A stretch of 64,000 nt of DNA from Candidatus Izemoplasmatales bacterium (GCA_050949045.1 JBMNEZ010000001.1:1120001-1184000), one strand, 5' to 3'; shown: positions 18,890 through 29,758, numbered from the stretch's first letter. The notes: generated by a model not told the origin, from the sequence alone. Translations and numbers: made by a program.

Positions 18890-20299
18890 TTACTTGATCT
18901 CCAAATTGGCTTCGGCGATCGGCTGATACAGATGGATCGGATATTTACCGTTGAAACAGGCAAGGCAGTAATGGTTCGGTTTTCTTCCGACCGCCTCAAT
19001 CATTCCCTTGGTAGATAGAAATGCAAGCGAGTCGGCTTTGATGATTTCTTTGACTTCGGCGATTGTTTTGTGTGCGGATATTAATTCAGAATAAGTCGAA
19101 AAGTCGACCCCGTAAAAGCAAGGATAGCGAATTTCCGGGGAAGCAATCCGGATATGGATCGCCTTCGCGCCCGCGCCCCTTAACAAGCGGATCAATTGCT
19201 TGATGGTCGTTCCACGGACGATCGAATCATCGACCAAGACCACCCTTTTACCTTCAATGACCGGTTTGATTGTGGATATTTTTAAACTAACAGCTTCTTC
19301 CCGTAGATTTTGGAAAGGCTCGATGAAAGTTCTTTCAGCGGATTTGTTCTTGATCATCGCGAGTTCAAGAGGAATATGGGAGGCTTCGCTGTAGCCGACA
19401 GCGGCGCTCATGCCGGAATCGGGAACGCCGATCACCATGTCTGCGTCCGCCGGCGCCTCTTCTGCGAGACGCGCCCCGCAGGCCTTGCGGGCATGATAGA
19501 CGTTGATGCCCTCGATCTGGCTGTCCGGCCTGGAGAAATAAACATATTCCATCATGCACATCTGGTGGCGCTTTTCTTGGGAATAGTCTTCGCTCACTAT
19601 TTCATCTAATGTTATTTTAATCACTTCCCCCGGATTGACATCACGAAGAAAGGTGGCGCCGATCATGTCGAACGCGCATGTCTCGCTTGCGACCACGATG
19701 GCGCCGCCGGGCATTTCGCCGAGCGATAGCGGTCGCAGACCGCGTTTGTCCAAAGCGACATACATTTCTTTTTCTTGTAAAAGCAAAAAAGCGAAGGCGC
19801 CCTCCAAATACAAAAGCGATTCCTTCAGTCTTTCCAGCATCGTGCCTCGGTGGCGTTTCAACAAATGAGCGATGATCTCGGTATCGGAGGTCGTTTGGAA
19901 GATGCTGCCTTGTCGTTCAAGGTGTTCCTTGAGGACCATCGCGTTGACGATATTGCCGTTGTGGCACAAGCCCAGGGATCCCGTTTGCGAATGGAACAGC
20001 AGGGGTTGGACGTTCATGATCCCCCCATGGCTAGAGGCCGAGTAACGGACATGGCCGATCGCATGAATGCCTTTTAGAGCTTTTAGATCTTCAGCTTTGA
20101 AGACGTTGCGCACAAAGCCCTCGTTCTTCCGCTGTTTGAGCTGGGTTCCGTCCGAAGACAGAATGCCTGCGCCCTCCTGCCCCCGGTGCTGCAGGGCGTT
20201 TAGGGCATGAAAAGCGATGTTCGCGGCTTCCGGATGATTGAAGATACCGAATACGCCGCACTCTTCATTGATTTTCCTGTTTCTGTTTAAAACCATCAT
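18890..20299 (-). CDS. purF: Amidophosphoribosyltransferase (Fe-S type, with propeptide)
   Basis: EE|CGVFG, QHRGQE, VDDSIVRGTT, CFYG, CLACF. Confidence 0.96.
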   Translation of the reverse strand: MMVLNRNRKINEECGVFGIFNHPEAANIAFHALNALQHRGQEGAGILSSDGTQLKQRKNEGFVRNVFKAEDLKALKGIHAIGHVRYSASSHGGIMNVQPLLFHSQTGSLGLCHNGNIVNAMVLKEHLERQGSIFQTTSDTEIIAHLLKRHRGTMLERLKESLLYLEGAFAFLLLQEKEMYVALDKRGLRPLSLGEMPGGAIVVASETCAFDMIGATFLRDVNPGEVIKITLDEIVSEDYSQEKRHQMCMMEYVYFSRPDSQIEGINVYHARKACGARLAEEAPADADMVIGVPDSGMSAAVGYSEASHIPLELAMIKNKSAERTFIEPFQNLREEAVSLKISTIKPVIEGKRVVLVDDSIVRGTTIKQLIRLLRGAGAKAIHIRIASPEIRYPCFYGVDFSTYSELISAHKTIAEVKEIIKADSLAFLSTKGMIEAVGRKPNHYCLACFNGKYPIHLYQPIAEANLEIK

Positions 20300-21027
20300 A
20301 CAGTGCCCTCAATCGCGGTTTTGATGCGCTTCAGGATTTCTTCGTAAGCTTCTCCGATATTCCCAAGGTCACGGCGGAAACGATCTTTGTCCAGCTTCTT
20401 CCTGGTGCTCTTGTCCCAAAAGCGGCATGTGTCGGGCGAAATCTCGTCGGCAAGCAGGATAACGCCATTCCTGTCTTTGCCGAACTCGAGTTTTAAATCA
20501 ACGAGCAAAATACCGATCTTGTCCATGAAGTCCTGGAGGAGACGGTTGACCTCCATGGCAGTTTTCTTGATCAAAGCAAGCTCCGCATAGGTGGCGATGC
20601 CCATCGCCACCGCATGATCTTCGTTGATTAGAGGATCCTGATATTCGTCGTTCTTGTAACAAAGTTCATAGATCGTGTTGGACGGCGTGATGCCTTCCAT
20701 GAGGCCAAGCCGTTTGGCCATGCTGCCGGCGATCACGTTTCTGATGATGACTTCGATTTTGATGATCGACACCTTGCGGCAGAGCTGTTCCCGATCATCA
20801 AGCCGTTTGACGAGATGAGTAGCGATCCCTCTTTTTTGTAGGTAAGCGAAAATCATCGACGTGATTTCATTGTTAATCAAGCCTTTGTTTTCAATCGTTG
20901 ATTTCTTGATGCCGTTGAAAGCCGTCGCGTCGTCTTTGTAACGGATGATCACATAGCCGGGATCCGTTGTTGCAAAGACCTGTTTGGCTTTGCCTTCATA
21001 GATCATTTGTTTTTTTTCGGGATTCAT
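20296..21027 (-). CDS. purC: SAICAR synthetase
   Basis: YEGKAK, DLKLEFG, LADEISPDTCRFWD, DKDRFR. Confidence 0.97.
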   Translation of the reverse strand: MNPEKKQMIYEGKAKQVFATTDPGYVIIRYKDDATAFNGIKKSTIENKGLINNEITSMIFAYLQKRGIATHLVKRLDDREQLCRKVSIIKIEVIIRNVIAGSMAKRLGLMEGITPSNTIYELCYKNDEYQDPLINEDHAVAMGIATYAELALIKKTAMEVNRLLQDFMDKIGILLVDLKLEFGKDRNGVILLADEISPDTCRFWDKSTRKKLDKDRFRRDLGNIGEAYEEILKRIKTAIEGTV

Positions 21028-24000
21028 CTGCTTTTGCTCCTTTTCAAGTATTCGACCGCCGACTCGAAAATCGGCTGTCCTTGATATTCGGGATAGTTCT
21101 TGTATAAATTAGGACCATGGCGTTCCGAATGCGCCATTTTCCCAAGAATCAGTCCATCGGGGCTGAGGATCCCCTCGATGGCGTACATTGATCCGCTTGG
21201 ATTTTCCGGCATCGACATCGTCGCCTTGCCGGCCGGGTCCACGTATTGGGTTGCGATCTGATGATTGTCAAGCAGACGTTCCAATGATTTCTGGTTGGCC
21301 ATGAATCTGCCTTCTCCATGGGAGACTGGAATTGTGTGGATCATTCCGGGTTCGAGTTTCCAAAACCACGGGCTCCTATTGGTCACAACTTTGGTTCTGA
21401 CCATTGTGGAGACGTGTCTTCCAATCAGGTTGCGCGAAAGTGTCGGACTGTTTTTATTGGCAGAACCTAGCCGCCCCCACGGCAACAAGCCGCTTTTAAT
21501 CAATGCTTGGAAGCCATTGCAGATGCCTAGGATAAGGCCTCTTCTCGCCAAAAGCCGTTCGATGGCGCCCTTCACATATGGATTCAGGAGTACTGCGGCT
21601 ATATACTTGCCGGATCCACCCGATTCATTATCGGAGTTGAAACCTCCCGACAACATTAATATATCGGCTTCATCAATTGCCTGGACTATTTTTTGAATCG
21701 ATTCCCTGATGGCAAACTGGTTTTGGGTTTTAAAAACAAATACATTTGTGCTGGCCCCCGCCATGTTGAAGGCGGCCTCGGAATCCATTTCGCAGTTGGT
21801 TCCAGGAAAAACGGGAATGAAGACCTTCGGAACATAGCTGGTCAGGGAAGGCAATTCCCAACTTATCTCATGTGTCAAAATGGTTGGCGTGGTATCTGTA
21901 CTTGCAATTGTCGGTGCGAATAACTCGGAAAAAGTCTGGCTGTTGGCTTTGAGCGCATCTTGCAACGACAGTTCTAGAGAAGAAAATCTAATCGTTGGCT
22001 TGGCTGACGTTTGCCCTAGCAAACAAAACAAACCAGAATCGATCGCCTGAGTTGTTTCAATGACCAAGCCGCCATAAGCGGGTTTTTGCCAGGTGTCGAG
22101 CGGCGCATCCTCGGCTCCTTCGAAGCCGATCAGATTGCCAAATCCCATTTTGACTACTGCTTCAATCCAGCCGCCGGCTTTGATCGCATACGCTGATAAG
22201 ACGATACCCTGAGAATTCAGCTTGCTAATTGTCCGTGATGCTTCTAAGATCTCTTGATGTAGGGGAAGCCCAGCTTCATCGGTTTTTGGACAAAAAAGAT
22301 AAACAGGATGCCCGGAGCCTTTGAATTGTGGAGAAATCACCCGGTCCGCCATCCCGGGAGTAAGAGCGAAGGCAAGCAGAGTCGGCGGCACATGCAAGTC
22401 GTGGTAAGATCCGCTCATGGAATCCTTCCCGCCTATCGCCGGCGTCATGAAGTCTGTTTGCGCCCGAAGCGCTCCCAGAAGCGCTTGCAAGACCATACCC
22501 CAATTTCTCGGGTCTTTTCCGAGGCGCCGAAAATATTCCTGCAACGACAGTCTGGTCTTGCTTATGTCGCCGCCGACCGCGATGGCTTTAGCCAACGCTT
22601 CAACTACGGCAAGGTAAGCGCCACGATAGGGAGAAGCGCTCAACTGATCCGGATCGCCGCCAACAGTCATGATCGTCACCACTTGTGTTTTCCGGTCTTT
22701 TGTCGGTAATATCTGGACCGAAGCGTCGACCTCGGTCATTTGGGTCTTCCCGCCAAACGGCAATAAGACCGTCGTTCGGCCGATGGTCGAGTCAAAATGC
22801 TCGATCATTCCCTTTTGCATCGCGATACCTGGTTTTTTCAGCCAGTCAAGGATAAAAGAAGCGGTGATCCTTGACTGCCTTGTGTCCAAATTGCTTTTTT
22901 TCAATGTGTCTTTGACAAAAACATCATTGTGTTGTCGAACCCCGTTGGTGTCAATGAATGTCCTTTCGATATCAACCACGACTTGGCCGTTCTTTTTCAT
23001 GACAAGACGATTATCACCGGTGACGTCTGCCACATGGTGGATCGTCAGATTCTCTCTCGATGCATAATGTTCAAGCAATTCGTAATCGCCGGGGTCAATG
23101 ACGAGCGCAAGTCGTTCCTGCGATTCTGAAATGGCTAGTTCGGTTGCGGAAAGCCCTTGATATTTTGTCGGGACCTTGTCAAGATCAATCAATAAACCCT
23201 GAGCGAGTTCGCCGATTGCGACAGCCACGCCACCGGCACCGAAATCATTGCTTTTTTTGATGATCCGTGTCACTTCGGGATAACTGAACAGCCGCAAAAG
23301 TTTTCTTTCGATCATAGGGTTGCCTTTTTGAACTTCGCTCGATGAAAGTTTCAGCGAAGAAACGGTATGGGCTTTCGATGAGCCGGTTGCGCCGCCGATA
23401 CCATCTCTGCCGGTTTCGCCACCGACTAGGATGACCAAGTCTCCGGGAGCCGGTCTGGCCCTTATGACGTCGCTTCTTCTAACGGCTCCGACGACAGCGC
23501 CGACCTCCATTCGCTTCGCAACATATCCAGAATGATAGAGTTCTCGGACATAGGTCGTTGCCATTCCGATCTGATTGCCGTAGGATGAAAATCCTAAGGC
23601 CGCTTTTTTGGAGATGACCCGTTGTGGCAGTTTCCCGGGAATAGTGTCGGAAACTTTTTCCATCACGTTTGCTGCCCCGGTGACACGCAAGCCCTGATAG
23701 ACGACGCTTCTGCCGGACAAGGGGTCGCGAATGGCTCCCCCAAGGCAGGTTGACGCTCCGCCGAACGGCTCAATCTCGGTCGGATGGTTATGGGTTTCGT
23801 TTTTGAACATCACAAGATAGTCTTCGCCTTCGACGTCGTAAATGACGCTGGCGGCGTTGACTTCCTCGGAAATTTCAATATTGTGATCAGGATATTTCAT
23901 CCTGAACCATTTGGCATAGATCGTCGCCACATCCATCAGTGTCATTGGGTGGTCGTTTTTTCCTAGTTCGCTTCGGTACCTCTGGTAAAGGGCAAAAGCC

Positions 24001-24728
24001 TCTTTGATCGGGGTGGCGGTGGCTTCAATCTCGATGTTGTCAAGTGCCGTCTCAAAAGTAGTGTGACGGCAGTGGTCGGACCAATAAGTGTCGAGCACCC
24101 TAATCTCTGTTTCTGTCGGATCCCGATCAACTTTTTGAAAATAGTTCTGAATCCACTGAATGTCTTCTTCCGACATAGCGAGTCCCAACTCTTTTTGCAT
24201 GAGTTTGAGCCTTTCCCTGTCCCAACTTCTAAACCCCTCATAGATGCTAGTCGAAGGTTCCTTGTTTATCGGGGGAATCCTTGGGGGCAACGAAAGGTCG
24301 ACTTCCTCGGAATCGACAGGGTTGATCACATATTTCCTCAAAAGGTTCAAATCGGACAAGTCAATCGGCTTGAACAGGTACAATTCCCTGGTTTGGACCG
24401 TCACAGCGTTTTTCCCAAGGATTAGTTGAATACACTGCCTTGCAAAATCCGCTTTCTGGTCAAACTGCCCGGAAAGGTAGCCGAATGCGAGGCTGCCGTT
24501 GGCCTCGATCGGGATTTCCGAACGAATCAGGTCGGAGACGCGTTCGCCAAACACTCTCCATTTGAGTGATTCTACCTCTTTTAGAGTACAACCGAAAATC
24601 TCGTAAACGTAAAGCCGTCGAAAATTAAACAGTTCGAGTCCGATATCATCATAGATTTGTTTTTTCAACTGCTTCGTATCATTGTCGAACTCCGGTTTTT
24701 TTTCGACAAACAACCGTCTTCCCGTCAT
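21024..24728 (-). CDS. purL: Phosphoribosylformylglycinamidine synthase, single-chain large type
   Basis: WSDHCRH, KNETHNHPTEIEP, GRDGIGGA; C-terminal glutaminase with GICNGFQ and HSE; 1234 aa. Confidence 0.95.
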   Translation of the reverse strand: MTGRRLFVEKKPEFDNDTKQLKKQIYDDIGLELFNFRRLYVYEIFGCTLKEVESLKWRVFGERVSDLIRSEIPIEANGSLAFGYLSGQFDQKADFARQCIQLILGKNAVTVQTRELYLFKPIDLSDLNLLRKYVINPVDSEEVDLSLPPRIPPINKEPSTSIYEGFRSWDRERLKLMQKELGLAMSEEDIQWIQNYFQKVDRDPTETEIRVLDTYWSDHCRHTTFETALDNIEIEATATPIKEAFALYQRYRSELGKNDHPMTLMDVATIYAKWFRMKYPDHNIEISEEVNAASVIYDVEGEDYLVMFKNETHNHPTEIEPFGGASTCLGGAIRDPLSGRSVVYQGLRVTGAANVMEKVSDTIPGKLPQRVISKKAALGFSSYGNQIGMATTYVRELYHSGYVAKRMEVGAVVGAVRRSDVIRARPAPGDLVILVGGETGRDGIGGATGSSKAHTVSSLKLSSSEVQKGNPMIERKLLRLFSYPEVTRIIKKSNDFGAGGVAVAIGELAQGLLIDLDKVPTKYQGLSATELAISESQERLALVIDPGDYELLEHYASRENLTIHHVADVTGDNRLVMKKNGQVVVDIERTFIDTNGVRQHNDVFVKDTLKKSNLDTRQSRITASFILDWLKKPGIAMQKGMIEHFDSTIGRTTVLLPFGGKTQMTEVDASVQILPTKDRKTQVVTIMTVGGDPDQLSASPYRGAYLAVVEALAKAIAVGGDISKTRLSLQEYFRRLGKDPRNWGMVLQALLGALRAQTDFMTPAIGGKDSMSGSYHDLHVPPTLLAFALTPGMADRVISPQFKGSGHPVYLFCPKTDEAGLPLHQEILEASRTISKLNSQGIVLSAYAIKAGGWIEAVVKMGFGNLIGFEGAEDAPLDTWQKPAYGGLVIETTQAIDSGLFCLLGQTSAKPTIRFSSLELSLQDALKANSQTFSELFAPTIASTDTTPTILTHEISWELPSLTSYVPKVFIPVFPGTNCEMDSEAAFNMAGASTNVFVFKTQNQFAIRESIQKIVQAIDEADILMLSGGFNSDNESGGSGKYIAAVLLNPYVKGAIERLLARRGLILGICNGFQALIKSGLLPWGRLGSANKNSPTLSRNLIGRHVSTMVRTKVVTNRSPWFWKLEPGMIHTIPVSHGEGRFMANQKSLERLLDNHQIATQYVDPAGKATMSMPENPSGSMYAIEGILSPDGLILGKMAHSERHGPNLYKNYPEYQGQPIFESAVEYLKRSKSR

Positions 24729-24763
24729 TTTCCAACCTGCCTTTGTTCATCATTTATCCGATT

Positions 24764-25249
24764 TTATAGATCAACGTCAGCCTCAAGCACTTTGTTTTTT
24801 TGTTCAAGCTGGAATAATCGCAGTTTTTCTCTAAGTTTTTCGTTCTCGAGAGCGAGAATGCGAAGCGCGAACAGCGCCGCGTTTTTCGCCCCAGACTCGC
24901 CGATCGCAAAGGTAGCCACCGGAACTCCTGAAGGCATCTGCACAGTGGACAAAAGCGCGTCCAATCCGCTAAGAGGCGTCCCTGACAAGGGCACACCCAG
25001 AATCGGAATCAAGGTTTTCGAAGCCATCATGCCGGCAATGTGGGCTGCGGCTCCCGCTCCGGCTATCACCACTTTGATTCCGCGTGCTGGAAGGCCTTCC
25101 GCATATTTAAACATCTCATCCGGTGTCCGATGGGCGGAGATGATCCGCACTTCGGATGAAACCTCGAAACGGTCAAGGATCTCCTTCGCTTTGACCATCA
25201 CCGAAAAATCGGATTTACTGCCCATGACAACGCTGACAACTGGATTCAT
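24764..25249 (-). CDS. purE: N5-CAIR mutase / AIR carboxylase
   Basis: MGSKSD, SAHRTP, AGAGAAAH, QMPSGVPVAT. Confidence 0.96.
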   Translation of the reverse strand: MNPVVSVVMGSKSDFSVMVKAKEILDRFEVSSEVRIISAHRTPDEMFKYAEGLPARGIKVVIAGAGAAAHIAGMMASKTLIPILGVPLSGTPLSGLDALLSTVQMPSGVPVATFAIGESGAKNAALFALRILALENEKLREKLRLFQLEQKNKVLEADVDL

Positions 25250-25321
25250 AGACACTCTCCTTTAAAAGATAATAAAAAGCGCGGCTGAAAGAGGCGTCCG
25301 CGTCAATACGCAAAAAACTCC

Positions 25322-25390
25322 TCTCATAGTCTGTGCATTTAAGGCGCACAGGTAGATACTTTGGGACCATATCACCCAGATTATACGAGA
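25322..25390 (-). promoter_or_regulatory. Purine (guanine) riboswitch
   Basis: Minus strand tctcgTATAAtctgggtGATATGGtcccaaaGTATCTACCtgtgcgCCTTAAAtgcacagACTAtgaga; specificity base is C, so guanine-type. A cgcgg...ccgcg hairpin with T tract follows before purE. Confidence 0.92.
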
Positions 25391-25550
25391 CAAGACCTTT
25401 GTTTATTCGCGCTTGGCTATCACTAAGTCCAAGCTTTGTTACAGTTTGATATTATCATTAAGCATGCGGAATTGCAAAGGGTGAAAGCGCTTTTGTCAAA
25501 AGAAAACGCTTGCGGTGAGAAAGTGCAGAGATCGATTTACAAATATTGTT

Positions 25551-26183
25551 TCAAGCGTCAATCCACTTGGGGTCATCAGGATTGTTTTGAAAGGCGATGC
25601 ATTTCCCAAGATCGCTGTTTTCAATATAATTCTTTTCAACGGCTACTTTGACCAACGATTGAAAATCAGTTAAAGAGTGATTGATGAGGTTTGCATCCCT
25701 TAGTCTTTTTTCGGATTTTGAGAGATTGTAGGTGAAGATCGAAGCTATTCCGAGAACAACCAGTCCGGCTGAACGAAGAACATTGACGATGGCGATGACA
25801 CTGCCTCCTGTCGAGATCAGGTCCTCAACCACGACTACCTTCGTTCCCGGCTTGAAGAACCCTTCGATCTGATTGGTTCTTCCATGATCTTTGGCTTCGC
25901 TTCGGGCATAACCCATCGGTAAGGCCAATTTGTCGGCCACGATCGCCGCATGGGGGATGCCGGCGGTAGCCGTGCCGATAATGGCCTCGGCATCCGGATA
26001 ATGAGTTTTGATCAACTGAACGAGTCCGTCTTCGACTCTGTCACGCACCTTTGGATAAGACAAGATCAAACGGTTGTCGCAATAGATCGGGCTTTTGATG
26101 CCGCTCGCCCATGTGAAGGGCGCTTGCGGCGACAAAAAGACCGCTTTAATTTCAAGTAATAGAGCTGCTATCTCGCTTTTCAT
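25551..26183 (-). CDS. pyrE: Orotate phosphoribosyltransferase
   Basis: FTWASGIKSPIYCDNR, VVEDLISTGGS; start set at MKSEI. Confidence 0.96.
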   Translation of the reverse strand: MKSEIAALLLEIKAVFLSPQAPFTWASGIKSPIYCDNRLILSYPKVRDRVEDGLVQLIKTHYPDAEAIIGTATAGIPHAAIVADKLALPMGYARSEAKDHGRTNQIEGFFKPGTKVVVVEDLISTGGSVIAIVNVLRSAGLVVLGIASIFTYNLSKSEKRLRDANLINHSLTDFQSLVKVAVEKNYIENSDLGKCIAFQNNPDDPKWIDA

Positions 26184-26187
26184 CCAA

Positions 26188-26871
26188 CTATTCCTCCAAT
26201 ATCTTAAGATAGGTTTCAAGCGGGTTATTCGCCCTAGTGATTGACCGCCCGACAACGATGTAATCAGCCCCTAGACGATAGGCGTCTTTTGGCGTTGTGA
26301 TCCGTTGCTGGTCATCTTTGGAATCGCTTTCTAGTCTGATCCCCGGAGTGACGGTCAAAAAGCCTTTACGGGTCGCCTCTTTGATCAAAGGAACTTCGTG
26401 CGCTGAACAAACCACACCATCCAAACCCGCTTTCTCAGCTAAAAGCGAATAACTTCTAACTGTATCCTTCAAATCCTTGTCAATAAGCAATTCTTCTCTC
26501 AGTGTGCTTTGATCGATCGAAGTCAAAACTGTGACCGCTAACAGTTTGGTTTTTGAACCACTCTGGTCAAGCCCAGACCTGGCTGCTTTCATCATCGCAA
26601 GTCCTCCGCTTGCGTGGACGTTGACCATATCCGCGCCCAGTCTTCCGAGATTGACCATGGCCTTTTCCACGGTATTGGGAATGTCATGCAATTTTAAATC
26701 AAGAAAAAGAGGATATCCCTGTTCTTTCAACCATTTGATCAATTCCGGCCCCTCACAGTAGAACATTTCCATGCCGATTTTGAGCATCGGCCTTTCGTTC
26801 CCGAATCCTTTCAGGAAGGTGGTCAATGTTTCTTTGTTTTTGAAATCACAAGCGATGATGACTGTTTTCAT
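26188..26871 (-). CDS. pyrF: Orotidine-5'-phosphate decarboxylase
   Basis: FLDLKLHDIPNT, VTPGIR, DDQQR, VVGRSIT. Confidence 0.97.
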   Translation of the reverse strand: MKTVIIACDFKNKETLTTFLKGFGNERPMLKIGMEMFYCEGPELIKWLKEQGYPLFLDLKLHDIPNTVEKAMVNLGRLGADMVNVHASGGLAMMKAARSGLDQSGSKTKLLAVTVLTSIDQSTLREELLIDKDLKDTVRSYSLLAEKAGLDGVVCSAHEVPLIKEATRKGFLTVTPGIRLESDSKDDQQRITTPKDAYRLGADYIVVGRSITRANNPLETYLKILEE

Positions 26872-27778
26872 GAGCTCCTCCTATCATTGAATTGATTGAA
26901 TCCCAGCCTAATTCTTCCATAAGTTTAGGCAAGCGGTCGATTATTTTCTTGCAGGCCAAAGGATCTCTCAGATTCGCGCTGCCAACACCGACGCAAGTGG
27001 CGCCCGCAAGGATGAAATCGAGGACGTCCTCAGCGTTCATAACGCCGCCCATGCCGATGATCGGGATTTGGACGGCCTTATATACCTGATATACCATCCT
27101 AATCGCCACCGGTTTGATAGCCGGTCCGGATAAACCGCCTGTCAGGTTGCCAAGGATCGGGCGCCTGGTCTTCCGGTCGATCACCATGCCGATCAGGGTG
27201 TTGATCAGGGAGAGCGCATCCGCTCCGGCAGCTTCCGCCGCCCGAGCGATCAAGACGATATCGGTAACGTTCGGACTGAGTTTTACGATCAGCGGTTTGG
27301 CTGATATCTGTTTGCATCTTCTAATTAAAGTGCTTGTCTGTTCAGGATCGACACCAAAGGCCATCCCGCCGGAAGCGACATTCGGACAGCTGATGTTGAT
27401 CTCGTAAGCGCCGATTTCTTTACAGGAATTCAACTTTTCGATCACACTGAAGTATTCTTCAAATGTGCGCCCGGCAACGTTGGCGATGATTTGTTTATGG
27501 TAAACTTCGGCGATTTTTGGCATTATCTCGGAGACGGCATGGTCGACTCCCGGATTTTGCAGGCCGATCGCATTCAAAAGTCCGCCTGCCGTTTCCGCTA
27601 TCCTTGGGGTTTTGTTGCCAAAACGGGGATAAATAGTGATCGCTTTGGTCGTGAACGAGCCAAGCAGGTTCAAATCGTAGAAGCGGGCAAATTCAAGGCC
27701 GAAGCCAAATGTGCCCGATGCAGGGATGATGGGATTGTCGAGAGACATCCCGAGAAAGTCAACCTTCAGTTTTCCCAT
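26846..27778 (-). CDS. pyrD: Dihydroorotate dehydrogenase class 1B catalytic subunit
   Basis: ASGTFG, NAIGLQN, EINISCPNV, KLSPNV, GGLSG; start set at MGKLK. Confidence 0.95.
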   Translation of the reverse strand: MGKLKVDFLGMSLDNPIIPASGTFGFGLEFARFYDLNLLGSFTTKAITIYPRFGNKTPRIAETAGGLLNAIGLQNPGVDHAVSEIMPKIAEVYHKQIIANVAGRTFEEYFSVIEKLNSCKEIGAYEINISCPNVASGGMAFGVDPEQTSTLIRRCKQISAKPLIVKLSPNVTDIVLIARAAEAAGADALSLINTLIGMVIDRKTRRPILGNLTGGLSGPAIKPVAIRMVYQVYKAVQIPIIGMGGVMNAEDVLDFILAGATCVGVGSANLRDPLACKKIIDRLPKLMEELGWDSINSMIGGAHENSHHRL

Positions 27779-28494
27779 ATGATCTCCTTGGCAGCGAAGA
27801 CCGGCCCATCGAAACAGACTTGTTTGGGCCCTTCGCTGGTTAAAATGGTACAGCCCACACAGGCGCCGAAACCGCAACCCATTCGCTCTTCAAGCGATAT
27901 CTGTCCGTCGGGGTTTTCCTTGGCTATCGCCTTTAGCATCCCGAGCGGCCCCACCGCATAGTAGGGAACCGATTGCCATTCGTTCTGGCACCGAGTGATG
28001 TTGCCTTTTAGTCCCAATGATCCGTCTATCGTTGTCACAATTACTTTGCCGAAACTGGAAAACTCCGGGATGAGAAATGTCTCCTCTCGGCTTTGAAATC
28101 CCAGGATTATCGTCATTTTCTTATTCATTGATGCCAGGGTTTTTGCCAATCCATAGAGCGGCGGGATCCCTGTTCCGCCTCCGATAAGGCAGACGTCGCC
28201 TGGTTGATCGTCAAACTTGAAGCCGTTCCCGAGTTGTTCAAGAACATCAAGGCCGGTTCCGGGAGTCATCTTTGAGAGCAATTGGGTTCCGGTTCCAACC
28301 ACCTTATAGATGATTTTCAGGCGGTCTTTGTCGGATTCCATGATGGAAAAGGGTCTCCTGAGAAACAATTCGACTCCCTGATTGATCTGGATCATGACGA
28401 ATTGTCCGGGCTTATGCGCTTTGGCCCCCGACAGTTCGAGTTGATAGATGGCTTTAGCGATCGGAAGGTTACTTACAATTGTTAAAAGACTCAT
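27766..28494 (-). CDS. pyrK: Dihydroorotate dehydrogenase electron-transfer subunit
   Basis: LRRPFS, GGGTGIPP, EERMGCGFGACVGC...CFDGPVF (2Fe-2S). Confidence 0.93.
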   Translation of the reverse strand: MSLLTIVSNLPIAKAIYQLELSGAKAHKPGQFVMIQINQGVELFLRRPFSIMESDKDRLKIIYKVVGTGTQLLSKMTPGTGLDVLEQLGNGFKFDDQPGDVCLIGGGTGIPPLYGLAKTLASMNKKMTIILGFQSREETFLIPEFSSFGKVIVTTIDGSLGLKGNITRCQNEWQSVPYYAVGPLGMLKAIAKENPDGQISLEERMGCGFGACVGCTILTSEGPKQVCFDGPVFAAKEIIWEN

Positions 28495-29758
28495 CGCAAA
28501 ATGCCACCTTCCCTTCAACCAGAGTCAAGACCGGCCAGCCGTAACACTCCCAGCCATCAAAGGGAGTGTTGCGCCCTTTCGACAGAAATTGATTCTTGTC
28601 AATCGTTTTTCTTCGGTTTAAATCCAAGACCGTCAAATCCGCTTTGCGTCCGATAACAATCCTGCCTTCGTCAAGATTGAGGATCTTGGCGGGATTCAAC
28701 GAAAACCAAGCGATCGCTTGTTGCAGTGTCGCCATTCTTGTCCGCACCAGATTGGTGTAAATCAGTGGAAAAGCCGTTTCCAAGCCGACGACTCCGAAAG
28801 GGGCTTTTTCCATCCCCAAAGCTTTTTCATCCGGGCTGTGGGGCGCATGGTCCGTGGCGACACAGTCGATGGTGCCTTCGATCAAAGCTTGAATCAGAGC
28901 ATATTTGTCATCTAATCCGCGAAGCGGAGGATTCATCTTGAAATCGCTGTTTTCGACATCTTTGTTCTCAAGAAGCAGATGGTGCGGGGTAACTTCGCAA
29001 GTCACTTTTTGACCGCGTTCCTTGGCTTCCCTGACAATCCGGACGCCTTCCTTGGTGGAAATATGACAAACATGATACCGGGAATCCGTCTCTTCGGCGA
29101 TTAGGACATCTCTCGCTATCTGCAGGGTTTCAGGAAGCGACGTCATTGCCATCCAATTATTCGTTTTCGATTTGATTCCGCGGTGAACGATGCCCCCGAA
29201 TAACATCTTCTCATCTTCACAGTGAGCGGCGATCAGCGCTTCGAGAAGGCTTGCCTTCTGCATTGCCCTGTACATCAAATCCGCGCCTTGGATCCCGACG
29301 CCGTCATTAGAAAAGCCGGCCACCCGATCGATCAGTGCTTCCATATCCACCAAATCGCCGTGATCGGACAAAGAAGTCGTGATCGAAGCATAGGGGAGCA
29401 CATGAACACAGGCATCTTTTTCGACTCTTTTTAAAAATTCCTCCAGCCGTTCGGGGCTGTCGCAAACGGGATTGGTATTTGGCATGGGACAGATGGTCGT
29501 ATAGCCGCCTCTGGCCGCTGCCATCGTGCCGGTTTTGATCGTTTCCTTTTTTTCATATCCCGGTTCACGAAGATGCATATGCAGATCAATAAAACCCGGA
29601 GCGATCGTCATTCCGGTACAATCGATGATCTCTGCATCAACCGCGTTGATTTTTGGCTTCAAATCCTTGATGACACCGTCTTCGATCAAAAGATCAAGCC
29701 TTTCGATCTCATCACGGACAATTTTGCCATTGGCTAACAGTATCTTCATCTTAGCCAT
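28469..29758 (-). CDS. pyrC: Dihydroorotase
   Basis: DLHMHLREPG, MPNT, KMNPPLR, ATDHAPH. Confidence 0.96.
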   Translation of the reverse strand: MAKMKILLANGKIVRDEIERLDLLIEDGVIKDLKPKINAVDAEIIDCTGMTIAPGFIDLHMHLREPGYEKKETIKTGTMAAARGGYTTICPMPNTNPVCDSPERLEEFLKRVEKDACVHVLPYASITTSLSDHGDLVDMEALIDRVAGFSNDGVGIQGADLMYRAMQKASLLEALIAAHCEDEKMLFGGIVHRGIKSKTNNWMAMTSLPETLQIARDVLIAEETDSRYHVCHISTKEGVRIVREAKERGQKVTCEVTPHHLLLENKDVENSDFKMNPPLRGLDDKYALIQALIEGTIDCVATDHAPHSPDEKALGMEKAPFGVVGLETAFPLIYTNLVRTRMATLQQAIAWFSLNPAKILNLDEGRIVIGRKADLTVLDLNRRKTIDKNQFLSKGRNTPFDGWECYGWPVLTLVEGKVAFCDESFNNCK

